Assembly: GCA_047495785.1 (NCBI GenBank)
Contig: JBLDXI010000003.1
Coordinates: forward strand, 1,240,001-1,304,000
Length of the DNA stretch: 64,000 nt
Reading direction: 5' to 3'
Source of the DNA: Lepidodermella squamata
Taxonomy: Eukaryota > Animalia > Gastrotricha
Shown: piece after piece, positions 25,001-37,400 of the stretch
Position numbering within the stretch: the first letter of the stretch is position 1
How the letters are laid out: every line of letters begins with the position of its first letter
The notes under the pieces: model-generated
What the model was told of the DNA's origin: nothing
What the model saw: only the letters and a program-made list of their open reading frames with translations
The model's database searches: none
Program-made: the position numbers and the translations under genes

Positions 25001-28000
25001 TTGAGAAAGCCTAGTTGCCACTGTTATGAATATTGGCTTGTGCTTGCAGCTGACAAATCAGAATACGGACGGAAATGGCTGGCCGAAATTAAACGATTGC
25101 AACGCCATGAAATACGCAATGGTGCCTTGTTATCATCCGATCCCGGGTCCTGGCTACTATCAATATGTACCGGGTTTCGATCATTTATCTGGATGTGCGG
25201 GTGGAGATTACAAGATTGGCTCGGCTGTATATTACGAGGGTGTTAAAACGCGAACCGTATGGGTTTCAGGATCTGAATTCGATGCAATCGATGCGGTTGT
25301 GGCAGCGGTATGTGGCTCACTCAAACCTAACTTTAATCACGCACTAAAAAGCGGCCTTGAAAAACCAGTCGCCGCCTTTTTATGCGTTGCGGTGTCGTTG
25401 AAAATAGTCAACAGCAATTTGCACGAAATCATTTGTGGTATTTGCCCCAGGTTAAGCACGTGAGATGCAAAGTTACCACCCCTTCGGATACCCCTTACTG
25501 CCGACCGAAGCTTGACGGAGGGGAACTAATTCCACAGGGTGCTGCTGCGTGCTTCACCGATGAAACACAGGTATGAAGGTTCAAAATGAATGAATTTTTT
25601 GAATTGGCATCTTTTATTTATTTTTTTAACAGCTCAGTGGCGGAGTTTTCGCAACCCGCTCTGATTGCGTAGCGGCTCTATACGTAAACCTTTCGAAGAC
25701 GCACATCAATTCCTTACATATTTTTTGCGCGCATTTAACAGCAACTCAAACAGTGCTACACAGCGCTGGCAGTGGGTGAGTTCGCATTGCCAGCGCACCA
25801 TTTGTCAAAGTTTTCATGCCCATTTTCAGGCGCTAGTACGACCAAATGGTACTCCACATCATTGGTTCACGACGCACAAAGCGGTGGAGCAACATGCAGT
25901 GGATCGGATATATACGGAGTAAATCCCACATAACACCTTAAACGGCAAAGACGGTATTTGATGAAGGGAGAAGGGAGGGCGCTGAAGTTTAATCATGCTT
26001 TTCAACCAGAACCACTTCAAGTAGGACTAAATCTTATATGTCAGTTCCTTGATCTTTCGGTATTTCTCTTTAGCAAAAGATGGCATTAGGCTAAATCTTT
26101 TGTATGGGCTATGCACTGGCTAAAACTGAATTAAGTTGGGCTGCACCACTATAGTCAGCGCCCAAGTAAACAGAGAACAGGGATGAATGAGTGGCAGAGA
26201 GCATTATTATTCATCTATATGGGCTTGTTTGTTCACTATTTTAACATTATGCAACTTTTTCAAGCCTAGTCTTTGACGTTTATCAAAGCACGAGCTAGAA
26301 AACAAAAATGTGGATCTTCTCTTTGAATCCCCGTTCAATCTGATTTCAATGAACGCATGAACATCTAAGCGGCTAAATAAGCTATGGTTTCTCTTAAGGT
26401 AACAGGCGTAGTTGGCAGCTCGTCGCTTACGTTGCCGGCTGGCACGGATCCATACGATACCATGACGGTAGCTCACAAGCGTTGCCGTACCGCTTCCTCC
26501 CCTACGCTCATCTGCCGTCCACAATTAACCGGCGCACCAGCCCTCTCAGGCTGTGCATTTTCGGAATCAGCCGTAAGTCAATGCATATCGCTAAATTTCG
26601 CTATTTCAAAACAATTCTTTTTCATAGCTGCCTGCTACAAGTGATAGCGCGATTAACACCATAACAAAATGTGACAGCAAGAAATACGAAAGCAAGATGT
26701 GTTACGATTCCGCTGACCTGACTTCAACCCACCTGAGATGCATAGCTGACTACGATTGTCCAACTACGTCTAGAAATGTAAAAATGAACGATGCTATTTT
26801 ATTAATTCATTTCATTTTTCTCAGCTGATTTCGCCAAATTCAGCTGCTAATTCGCAATCAAATGCAGACAGCGCATGTGCTAGCAGTTCGAGCGCAGTAA
26901 GTTGAGATTTATGAACATCTGAGTGACTATTGCTTCTCGAAAATAGCCGAAATTTGTACGCTGCCGACGCCCTGCGGTCTCCACCTTGGCATTCTGCCGC
27001 CCGGTTTCAGACGGCTGCATTGTCTCGTCAAGCGAAATCAGAGTAAAATCACTACATAAAGACCAAGAGTTGAATCAAACTATGTTTTTCCCAGCTTACG
27101 CCCTACGATGCAAGCGGTTTGAGTTACTCAGATTGCACTGATTACGAGGTGAAGCAACTGCTCAGCTCATTTATATCAGGCTGGGTCAATTTAAATGAAT
27201 CTAACACTATCTTGTTTCGCACAGGCTCTAATTGTGTGCTACGATCAAAGCGCTGTCTACAATTACCTCCCAATAGTTGGTGGCGTCAATACAAATCCAT
27301 TTGCTTGTACTGACGATTTTGCTACGTGTGGAGCGAAAATCCAAGTATATCCTAACTATTTCGATCCGGAGAAAATCAATTGAGATTGCTTTCAGCTGCC
27401 GATGGCATCGATTTACGCGGGCGCAGCATCGGGAGACTGCGCTACTAACATAGCAAATTCAGCAGCGTGGTCTGTAACTGTTGGTAAATGGATTCGCTGT
27501 CTGAAACCGTCGACGTCAGCACCCAGTGTTTCATGGGTTATTTGCCGACCGAGGTTGCAGTACAACCCTAATTGCGAAGCTGGTGAAACTCCGGTAGGTT
27601 TATCGCCAGTACTTATCAATTGTCAGCGATTCGTAAATGATCATCCCAACATAGGAAGCTCCTGTGACTGGTGGTTACGCCTCAGTAGATGCTTGCCTCA
27701 GTGCCGCAACTGGTGTAAGGCGTTTCCATTACTCAGATTTTCGCTTCATCCAGCTTGTAACCTTCCTTTAGGCCAAGTGCTGCTGCGGTGCAGGTACTGG
27801 AGTCCTTTCCGGAACTTACAATTCCGCCGATGGTACTTGCTCTTGCGGTGGTGGTTCTTCGGTGAGCGCCCGACCCTTGGATAAAATATTATTGTAACAG
27901 TATATCTTTGTCTAGTCCCGTAAAGGCGAATTCTTTTCATCGTCTTGCACGACGACATGCGGTTCAACGAACTGTCCAGATGCGGCTGAGAAAACACCTC

Positions 28001-28011
28001 TGCTGCCTTAA
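16031..28011 (+). CDS. Giant secreted cysteine-rich repeat protein A (~51 exons, ~15 repeats); family not recognised
   Basis: MGTALLLVIG|LLVEGSWG signal peptide. Exon-by-exon translation gives recurring HxRC..CRP(D)..C / C..Y / CY..GYDH..C units and a C-terminal KCCC..CSCGGG..SRKGEFFS..C. TAA 28009-28011; AATAAA ~28190. Confidence 0.8.
20652..20913. mobile_element. Possible small MITE in an intron of gene A
   Basis: 13-bp inverted termini atatgaccgaaaa / ttttcggtcatat; no convincing TSD. Confidence 0.35.
21126..22388. mobile_element. Non-autonomous DNA transposon, PIF/Harbinger-like, in an intron of gene A
   Basis: TIR gggtgcgtttctttat / ataaagaaacgcaccc with a 3-bp TSD ATA on both sides. 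Sub-terminal AT-rich tandem duplication at ~21213-21310. Confidence 0.65.
23222..23932. mobile_element. Mutator-like MITE in an intron of gene A
   Basis: ~50-bp TIRs (gcacattatcaggcccgcctacgttacggctctgcgcgcgctcctattggc / reverse complement). 9-bp TSD atggcattc / atgacattc (one mismatch). Internal inverted repeat at ~23585-23640 vs ~23781-23836. Confidence 0.75.
24258..24305. mobile_element. 48-bp internally deleted copy of the 37754-37918 element
   Basis: Termini cgttcatggcg ... ggttcttccgcgccacgaacg, flanked by a 4-bp direct repeat ATAA. Confidence 0.6.
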
Positions 28012-28579
28012 TATGGACAAAGTCTTCCAAAGAAAACAAACCATTTTCATCACAGCGAATTCCAATGTATAATGCCTATTATTAGCTCAATATCAAGTGT
28101 TCCTCGTAGCCCATAACCTTTGTTCCAAAAAAGGTCTTGTGACTCGTGACCATCTAATTGGTGTCCAAATTAAGAAGTTAGGTTCATGGAATAAAATGCA
28201 AGTATGAACGCATTTCCAAACTCATCTCGTCTCAAGCTTATAATTCCGCGATTTTATCTCTATATCAGGGTTTGATTTTTCTCGACAAACTGAGTCTCTT
28301 CAAGTGTTCTCAAGCAATTTCAAGGTTTCCTATTGATTTGACCTGTCAATCTGGCTAAAAGTGTTAAGGTTCTCGACAGGAATAAGGAGTAGCGCTAAAC
28401 TATCCTATCTCGATATAATCTCGATCTTAGGCAGGCGAGCAATTTGATTGAATAGAAATACCTTTCAAAAAATTGAAGACGTTGCTCCTTATTCAGTATT
28501 TACGTTCGATTCCGACGCAATGACGCTCGGTGTCAAATCTTAAAATGTTCAACAAAATACGTAGGAAAATATCCGATAG

Positions 28580-30085
28580 GGCTTCCATATTTGTATGATA
28601 TAGCACGAGTAAAAAGTTCATATCTGAACCGAGCCGATCTGAGCTGGCCGAGATTTACGAATCGGAGCGAGTTGAAGAAGGGTGGAGAGAGTGAGAGAGT
28701 GGAGAGAGTTAGTAAATCGAGTACGGCGAGTTCAGATATAAGCGATTTACGAGTTCGGAGTTCGGTTTAAAAATATCGAGTTGGCACATGTACTCGACCT
28801 TTACTTTTGAGTGCAATTCTATATTTGTATGATATAACATGAGTAGGAATCTATATTTGAGAGAAGCACGAAATATAGATCGAGTAAAACGAATGACGGG
28901 AGTGAAATCGAGGCGGAACGAGCCGGCAGGCGAGTGGAGACGAGATTTCACGAGGTGACTGAGTTTTACGAGATCTATACGAGTGCTTCACGAAAATATA
29001 GGTTTCTACGAATGTTGTAGCGTAAAATATTACACGGTGTCTATATTTTTCGCAACGCAGTAGTAATAGAAAATAAAAAATCCAACTTAAAATTTCATCT
29101 AAAAATGGCTTGCTATTCATTTTCGCTCATTTTTTCTCATTCGTTCGAATTTCGTCTCGTTTTGAACGTCGAATTTCCGCACGACCCTATGCTCGAATTT
29201 TGCGAACAAATGCTCCCGGAATCTGCTCCGATTGGCAATGATGCCGCATTCGAAGCCGAATGGTTCGATAACCCATCAACCCTGAAGCCTGCTTCCTTGG
29301 AAATCAACGTTCGCGAAAACCTTGCGCCTTTAAAACCCGAAGAAACTTGTTCGATTTGAACGACACGCGTTTTGATGCGATGCACAAGACTCGAGGACAG
29401 TCCGTCTGAATTTCATCTCCGGTCGTTGAAAATGGCTCAGTTTCGGACAATCGTGTTGCAACGGTGTTTGGTACATCGATTTATCCACTGCAATCGAATC
29501 GGAACTGTCGCTGCAAGTGCTGCAAGATGCAATCCCAGGTGGTGATTTCTGCGAGTTGTGGACTAAATGCTGTCGGATTTTCTTGATCTTCTGCGCAGTG
29601 TTCCCAGTGCTTTCGGAGGCGACTTGCTGACCGTACCTGTTCGAGGATCTTCTGCGCGATCCAGCAATTCATGCACAGCGGGGACAAAATGTTGCCCGAT
29701 TTTCCGGAGTTTCCTGAGAAATTCTGGTTCCTACGACCGATTTTTGCTGCCCGCCTGCCAAGCTGTCCCCGTCTAAATTATTCTCAAAATTGAATTTCTC
29801 CATTTTCTCTCATACCTAATAAATTGCGTTGCGAAAACTATATCACCGTGTTTTTCTGTTAGACTTAGCTGTTTCAAGACCTTGGAAGTATTAGGCTTGA
29901 AAATGGGCGTTCTATATTCAAAATATAGATTCTTCAGGTCAAAAATATAGACTCACCTGAATCTATATTTCAGATATAGATCAGAAACACAGTTCATGAT
30001 CTAATTTATATTTGAAATATGAAGAAATATAGATCAGCGTTTCAAGGTTAAAAATATAGACACAGTGTTATATTTGTATGATCCG
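28580..30085. repeat. Degenerate repeat/transposon relic between genes A and B
   Basis: Recurrent atatttgtatgat (~28588, 28821, 30070) and aaaatataga motifs surround a more GC-rich core; no intact coding frame recognised. Confidence 0.35.
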
Positions 30086-31412
30086 ATGTATTATTCACAT
30101 CCGAGATTTGTAGCACGAGATGTGGGCATGTTGACGAGGCGGAGCTGACGACGAGCCTGATGTTGAATCTATTTGCTATTGGCGGTTTTAATCCGAACCC
30201 AGAAATTTAATGTCCCTGATCGATGATAATATTGCTTAAAATTATTTTCACGTTTCTAAAAAGGATTGAGAAGAATATGTCACAGAAAATACAGTTGGGA
30301 ACGTAAATGAATCTCGCACGCGATGAAAGTGATTATCTCTGACACCTTAGAATTTTACATGAGAAAGCCAAGTTTTGAAAAAAGCAATCAGGCTGATTGA
30401 TAGATACCTTGGAACTGAAGAATTGACCATTAAACCATATGGACCAAAACTGATCAGCTCCTGTCAGCTTTTACTCCGGGCAATGAAGGGTTTCGAATGA
30501 AAATGCGTCGAAAAGTCTCTCGTCTTGCGACCCAGAATAATAACAGCGAGTAATAATACCTGCAAGTACAAAGTTATCCTGTGGAATTGCTTATTGATTT
30601 CAAACTAACTAAATCGTAGTAAGATATCTAGATTTCACAGTTTTTGCCGCCGTATAATACCCAAATACGGGTATTATACCCAAATCGGTGGGTATTATAT
30701 AATATGCTTCATTCACTTTGTACTGATGAGACTGAAAACCTGATGACACAATCTGCTGGAAAACCTTGATTCGTGCTTTGTTTGTACCTGATTTCATTCT
30801 CCTCTCAGTATCTTTCGGGGAAGACTTCTTCACTCACGTTTATTAATGCATTGAAGAACATGAAAGCAACGGGTCTTCTCGAGGTATGTTAGCGTGCGAG
30901 ACCCTCAGTTTGTTGCTTCTGTTCGTTAGTCATGCGACCGGTCGACCGAGCGCCACGAGGAGATAAACATAACGAATATTATAGCGATAGTTATGTTTCA
31001 ACCCCGCCAGCCTTTTGTGTTTGAATATCACCATCGACAGGCGCCGGTGCGAGAAGGGCTGCGCGTGAAATTCTTCAAATTAGTTGACGAGAGAAGATGA
31101 TGAATTATAATATACTAGGTGGTTGTTATAGACGTGTAGTATAGGCTGGAGCTGACGAACGCAACCTCGCCCGCGCGAAGCGGCCGGCTGAGATCGTTGT
31201 CAATTAGACGAGCAATATTAACAGCCTGCGCTAATAGACCTGGCGGTGATCACGTTGCCGTAGCACCTCTCGCGTACGTTGCCTTTCCTAATATTACATA
31301 ATGATGCATACAAAAAAATAACAACAAATCATCGCATTTTGTACTCCACTTTAAGATATCAATTCTACGATTGACTGTTTTTTCAATCATAATTAGGTTA
31401 AATTCACGTTAA

Positions 31413-34400
31413 ATGAAGGCCGCACTGCTGCTAGTGATCGGTGATTTGAAGCAATGGATTATAAACAGATATTTAATTTTAAAATTTCCCCAGGCCTCTT
31501 AGTGGAAGGATCGTGGAGCTGTTCCCCGGATTTCGGCGCCGCTATTAATGGCGTGAAAACCGCTCCGTCTCCCGGAACTCGGCATGTCAGATGCAGCGCA
31601 AATGGCCAGAAAGTATGCCGACCAACTACTTGCAACTCTGGTGAAATTAGGGTAAGTTGTGTTACATTTCGTCGAAGAAGATGGTACTAAAATCGATTTC
31701 CGTATCTTAGATTCCGATCGCCGTATCCTTCCCGAACAATGTAGATTGCGATGGATACGCTGTGAGTTGAGATAGCTTATAGCCGAGTTCTGCTCAACTT
31801 CCTTATTAACAGAGATGGATCATATGTCCGACTGGCAGCAGCAACACCTACCAATGTGTCGCTGATACAGCCGGTTGTGACGGCTCGTTCCTTGGCTACG
31901 ATCTTCAGGTTTACAGCGATCTTCAAACATGTCAAACACAGGCCAACTCTTACGTAATTTGCACAAAGATCCTTTCGTTTAAGATTACACGTTTTGTAAA
32001 CAGACAACTTCTAAGTGGATCCGTTGCTTGAATAACGGAAACCCGATATGCCGACTCTCCCAGTGCAACCCAGGCGAGAATAGGGTACCTTATAATCTTG
32101 ATCCTGAAACAATTTTAATAGCTTGATTATTCAGTTGGCTATGACTGACCCGAAGGAGTGGGATACATCAGCGGCCTGCAATGCTTCTTTATTTGTAAAT
32201 TTCATTCATTTGATCTGATCCGTGAAATTTACATCAAAATTAAAGGCTGCTCTACCTTGCGTCGGCCCTTTGAACACGTTACCCTACTGGCAGCTAGTCA
32301 CGGGCTACGACCATCTCGGAACCTGCCCGGCTGGCTACAACGCTGTGGCTTCGAAATACACTTTCAAGGCAACTCAGGACATAAAGTTCGACTCAGCGTC
32401 CTATACAAGCCAAACTGTAGGCTGGATTTTCATATCATCAGAGACGTCTGCATTTTAAAATATGTTTAAGAGCTTGAGGCACTACCGCTGCAAAGCCGTC
32501 ATAAACGGCGAGTACGTGCCGGTTTGCCGACCTGACATGGACCCGAATACTGACGGCGTCCAGTGCCATCCCAATGACAAGGGACAGGTGAGTGACTCAA
32601 GGCGAAGGCTATTCTGAATTTGACCACATCTCTTCGTAGATGAGTCCTAAAGTTGGTTACGACAGCTATGCAGCCTGCAATGCCGCTCGCTATGTTTGTT
32701 AAAATGTTACCTCAAAGCCTAATTGACAAGCTTTTTGTGAAAACAGCAAGCGATCCCCTGCTACAAGCCATCGACAACTGGCCCTGATTACTACACTGTT
32801 GTTCCAGGTTATGATCTAGCTGACATCAACGTTGTTGGTACAACGCTTTCCGCTGCTCAATGTGGTCCCGGCGAGCTTGCTGTGAGTTGAAACCCCATCT
32901 GAGAAAGTCACGCTCATTTTCCTTGTCTAGCTTTCCACCACTGTAACAGCTAACTCAGACGTCATCACTTATCCAACAAGCACCTCGCAAAGTGTCAAAC
33001 ACGTCCGCTGCAAAATCGGCAGTGGATCCACCGCCTTTCCTCTCTGTCGCCCGAATTATGGCACTGATACCAACCGAGCTTGCCCTGTGACTGATTCCGG
33101 AACAGTAATTCTTGATTTAGCTATGCAAGATGGTTATGATTGATGTTATTTTCAGCTTGCTGGAACAGTGGGAACTATCGGTACAACAGTTTTCGCCGAT
33201 TTCGCCACCTGCAACGCGAACCTTTACGTAATTACCTCAAATCGATTTATTATGATTATATCCTAGCGATTATTCTGCTTTAGATTGCAAAACTGTGCTA
33301 TCAAGCAACAGCATCCAGCACCCCGGCTACGAATCCTTACTTCGCCATTGTTGCCGGCTACGACCACAGCCCAACAGGTGGATGCGCTTCAACTGAGCTG
33401 AGCGTACGATCTTATCCGATGATTAGGCCTAAAGCATAATTTTCTTGTAAAATCAGTTCCAAGATTCTGTCTGGGTATCCAGTGCGATACCTTTAACAAC
33501 TTCCAGTCCTGCGCAAATCGCTTCGTACACTGGGGTGAGTTGTAGAAAATTGAACCGTGAAGCTAGAATCGACTTTTATTTCGCAAGACTCCACTCACCC
33601 ACACGCGTTGCCAAGTGAAAGACTCTACTTCGAACAACTTCGTTCCGGTTTGCAGACCCGATATGGTCATCGGCAATTCCGGGTTGCAGTGTGGTCCGGG
33701 TGAAATTCAGGTTAGTAGAAACTATTAGTCGAGGAGCCAACCAACTTCGTCAATTTTTCTGAATAGTTGAACGTTCCTGCGACGGGTTACGCCACATTGG
33801 ACCTATGCAATGCTGCGAAATACGTAAGATGAATCTTTTAAAATCGCAGCAGATTCTCGAAAGCATGTGTTCATGAATTTCAGTATGCCAAGCCATGTTA
33901 CGAAGCTACTAACGTGAAAGCTGGGACGGATCCAGTTAGCAGCTACTATAGATTGAACGCAGGCTACGATCATGACTCTGCCAATCCGAGCGTAGTTAAA
34001 TGTCCAGCCAATCAAGTGCCGGTAAGTAAACCGTCGAAATACTAGCAGATGCTTTTTACCTGTTTTTGAGGATTTCGCGTTTCGTAAAAGTTTCTCATTT
34101 TGGATCAAGTTTCTAATTTGTAACCATTATTATAGATCCCAGTCGCGAGTTGGAGAATATCGCAAAACAAAGATGTCACGTTTGCTGAGGCTGACTATTC
34201 CGGTATAAGCGTAAGTACTGCCTTCAAAGTGATTCTGAAAGATTTTATTCCTGCCACCTTAAGATAAAACACTTCCGGTGCAAGCTGACAAATACGCAAA
34301 GTAATGCCGATGCAGTATGCCGCCCAGACATGAATGCGGCAACAGCGGCTGCCGATTGTGCTGCTGGTGAAACTTTGGTGAGACGGGGAAATTTCGCCAA

Positions 34401-37400
34401 CCCTCAACCTTATGAACCATATTTTTAGATCAATAATCAAGATAACGGATGGAACACTCTTGCTTCCTGCAGAACTCAGTTATACGTGAGCCGTTGCCTG
34501 TTGAAGAGGAACTATTTTTCAGATTTGTTTTTAGTGGGCTAAAAACTGCTATACTCCAACTACAACCGGGCCGGACTACTACACTTTTGTCGCTGGCCAC
34601 GATCACCTTGTCACACCTGTGACTCGAGGATGTGCTTCTGGTTCTCTGCCGGTAGGAAATATCCAGATCTGACGTATTAGCTACTAAATACTCCTCGAAT
34701 TAGTTTGGCGGCTGGAAGAAAAACCCAACGCTCTACACGCCACTGGCAACAGATTACAACGCTGACTACAGAGATAACACTAACATCAAGCACTACCGTT
34801 GCATGGTCAACGTAGCAGTGGTGGCCAACGGCGATTCACCCTACTACACCCCAGTTTGCCGACCGGACATGGACGGCGATGACCTGCTTCCGTACCGGTG
34901 CGCCAACTATGGCGACTACGTCATTTCAGGCAGTGGAATCGACAGAGATGGCTCTGTAAGCGACTTTCTGTTAGTATGATTTCGAAAGAATGATTATCAA
35001 ATTAAATCCTCCAGCTTCAAAACACGGTTGCCGCTCAAGGCGATAAATTTACTGGCGCTGCCTACTCGAATTTAGCTGCATGCAAGGCTCAGCTATTTGT
35101 AAGTTAATTTGATCTATAAATCTCAATGAGCTGAAATATCGGAGCTAATCAGGTTGCGGCGACTTGCTACAAAGCAACACAAACGTCTACCGGCGCAACT
35201 CCGTTTTACTCGATTATACCGGGCTACGATTCGAGCCCGACAGGTGGATGTCTGGATGGAGATCGAAGAGTGAGTCTTTAAAAGCTCAAATAGCGATAAA
35301 TTCATAATTCCAACGCTTTAGATAAACGCCGGCGCTTCGCAAAACCTATGGTACTTCAGCAGCTCTGTTGGAACGATGAACGTTGCTGCAGGTTACGTCT
35401 CAAGTCTGGTAAACTGCGCTGGCTCAAGTCATGAATTCTTTTCACAACTGTTTCAAATTTCAGCCTGTTGTACATCACCGATGTTTAGTTACCGATGGCA
35501 CTAATAACTTGCCGTTGTGTCGCCCCGATATGGACTTGGGGACGCCGGGATTCCAGTGCTCAATCCTCGACAAAAGCAAGGTATGTGAAAGCCAATGAAA
35601 GATCGACGGATTTCATTTCTGCTTCAAAATTAATTCAAGCTCATCTTGGACACCACTGTAGCAACGAGCGGATACTCCAGTCTGGATGCTTGCAACGCTG
35701 CTCGTTACTACGGCGTTCCTTGCTACAACCCTGGATCAGCTGATTTCCCGTATTACACAATAACAACCGGTTACGACCATCTTGCGTCTCCGTGTAACGC
35801 CGCACTCAATGAACTAGCGGTAGACAATTTGTGTTTGATTTTTGGCTATTCTTTATACCCAACAATTTCAGCTCCCTACTAGCTCCACCTACAAGACAGG
35901 AAGCACTACAAATATCGTCTTTGACGCTTCCGATAACTATGCTGCTAAGGTTTGATTTAAATCTCTGGAGTTGAACTCTAGTAGATCACATTTTTTCGCA
36001 CAGGATATAAAGCATGTCCGCTGTCGTAAATATCAAACTGGAACTTCAAATCCAACAGCAGTTTGCCGACCAGACTACACTCAGGACACAGCAGAGCCTA
36101 CTTGCCCCACAGGAGAAACGCCGGTATAACTGCTCATTTGAACTATGCCTAATTTTTATATCTTGTTCATCGATTTTGCAAGCTCGTTCACGCGCCATCT
36201 GGGACGCGCTGGAACAATTTGGCTGCGTGTGAACTTCAAAAATTTGTAATTTATAACTATCACTATCTTTTATCTCACATTTATGTCCTCAACAGGCCGT
36301 TGTTTATTGCTATACACCAATGGCCACCGGCTTCTCATTGAGCTCCGTTTCTGACCTCAACTTGGACTATTCGACTGTGCCCACTGGAGCCTGCCCGGCA
36401 AACCAATACCTTGTACGTGTTCACGCGGCTCGTTTGAGCAATGCTTTTGACTTGGTTTTCTTCAGATTTCCTCTGCCAAGTATGCCTCGGCATACATTGG
36501 ACTTTCGCTAAGCACAGCAGCCAGCACCACTCCGACCGATGATTATAATGTTTACTTCACCTCGGTTGTATGTTATTCGCAGTTACTCCTGTAGCAGGTT
36601 ATTATCCTTTTGACTCCTGCAGACCATGGACTTTTATCGCCAGAAGCAATCGACCAGCGCAGGTAACGCTGCTGTTTGCAGGCCATATAAAAACGCAATC
36701 GCAGCATGGGATGATACAACGGTAGGTGTTTAGGTTTAAGCTCTCTGTGATTCTCGAGTGATATAGAAGTTTCAAAGCAACAAGTTAAGCAATTTGAGTT
36801 TTTCAGGCTACCCTGCAAGCAACTTCCAGTTATGCCTCTTACGCGGCCTGCGCGAATAACGCTTTCGTAAGTTTGAATTATTCATATCAGGCTGAGCTGA
36901 AAAGCTGATTACTTATGAATAGGTAGCTGCCTTTTGCTATACAGTGTCTGGTGCTACATACAGCACAAGTGTTGTTCACGATACGACTAATGGCGGCTGC
37001 GGCACCAGTCTCAAACTGGCGGGCTGGACTAGTGGTAGGAGCACAGCTTACGTAGAGACGGACCTGATACCGACTGGATACGTTACTGGAGTAAGTATCA
37101 AAGGCTAACGTTGCTTCGCACGATTGACAACCTCACCTTTTTCATTAACAGCCAGTGACACACAGGCGATGTCTCAACGGTGCAACTGTCGTATGCAGGC
37201 CGGATATGGACCCCAGCACTACCGGACATCAGTGCCCATCCGGCGAACGCCTAGTGAGCTACCTATTTTTGCCTAGAAGTTTCGTACCTCCTAAACGGGC
37301 TTACTGAAACTGAAAGGAAAATCTTAAATTGATAAATGATATAGTCTAAGCTCGAGTCACATTTTGATTGAAGCGTTGCATTTCAGCTACCAAATCAAAA

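Noticed and set aside
29105-29776. Short ORFs in a GC-richer core between genes A and B
   Set aside because: Interrupted by stops, with no recognisable transposase or other domain.
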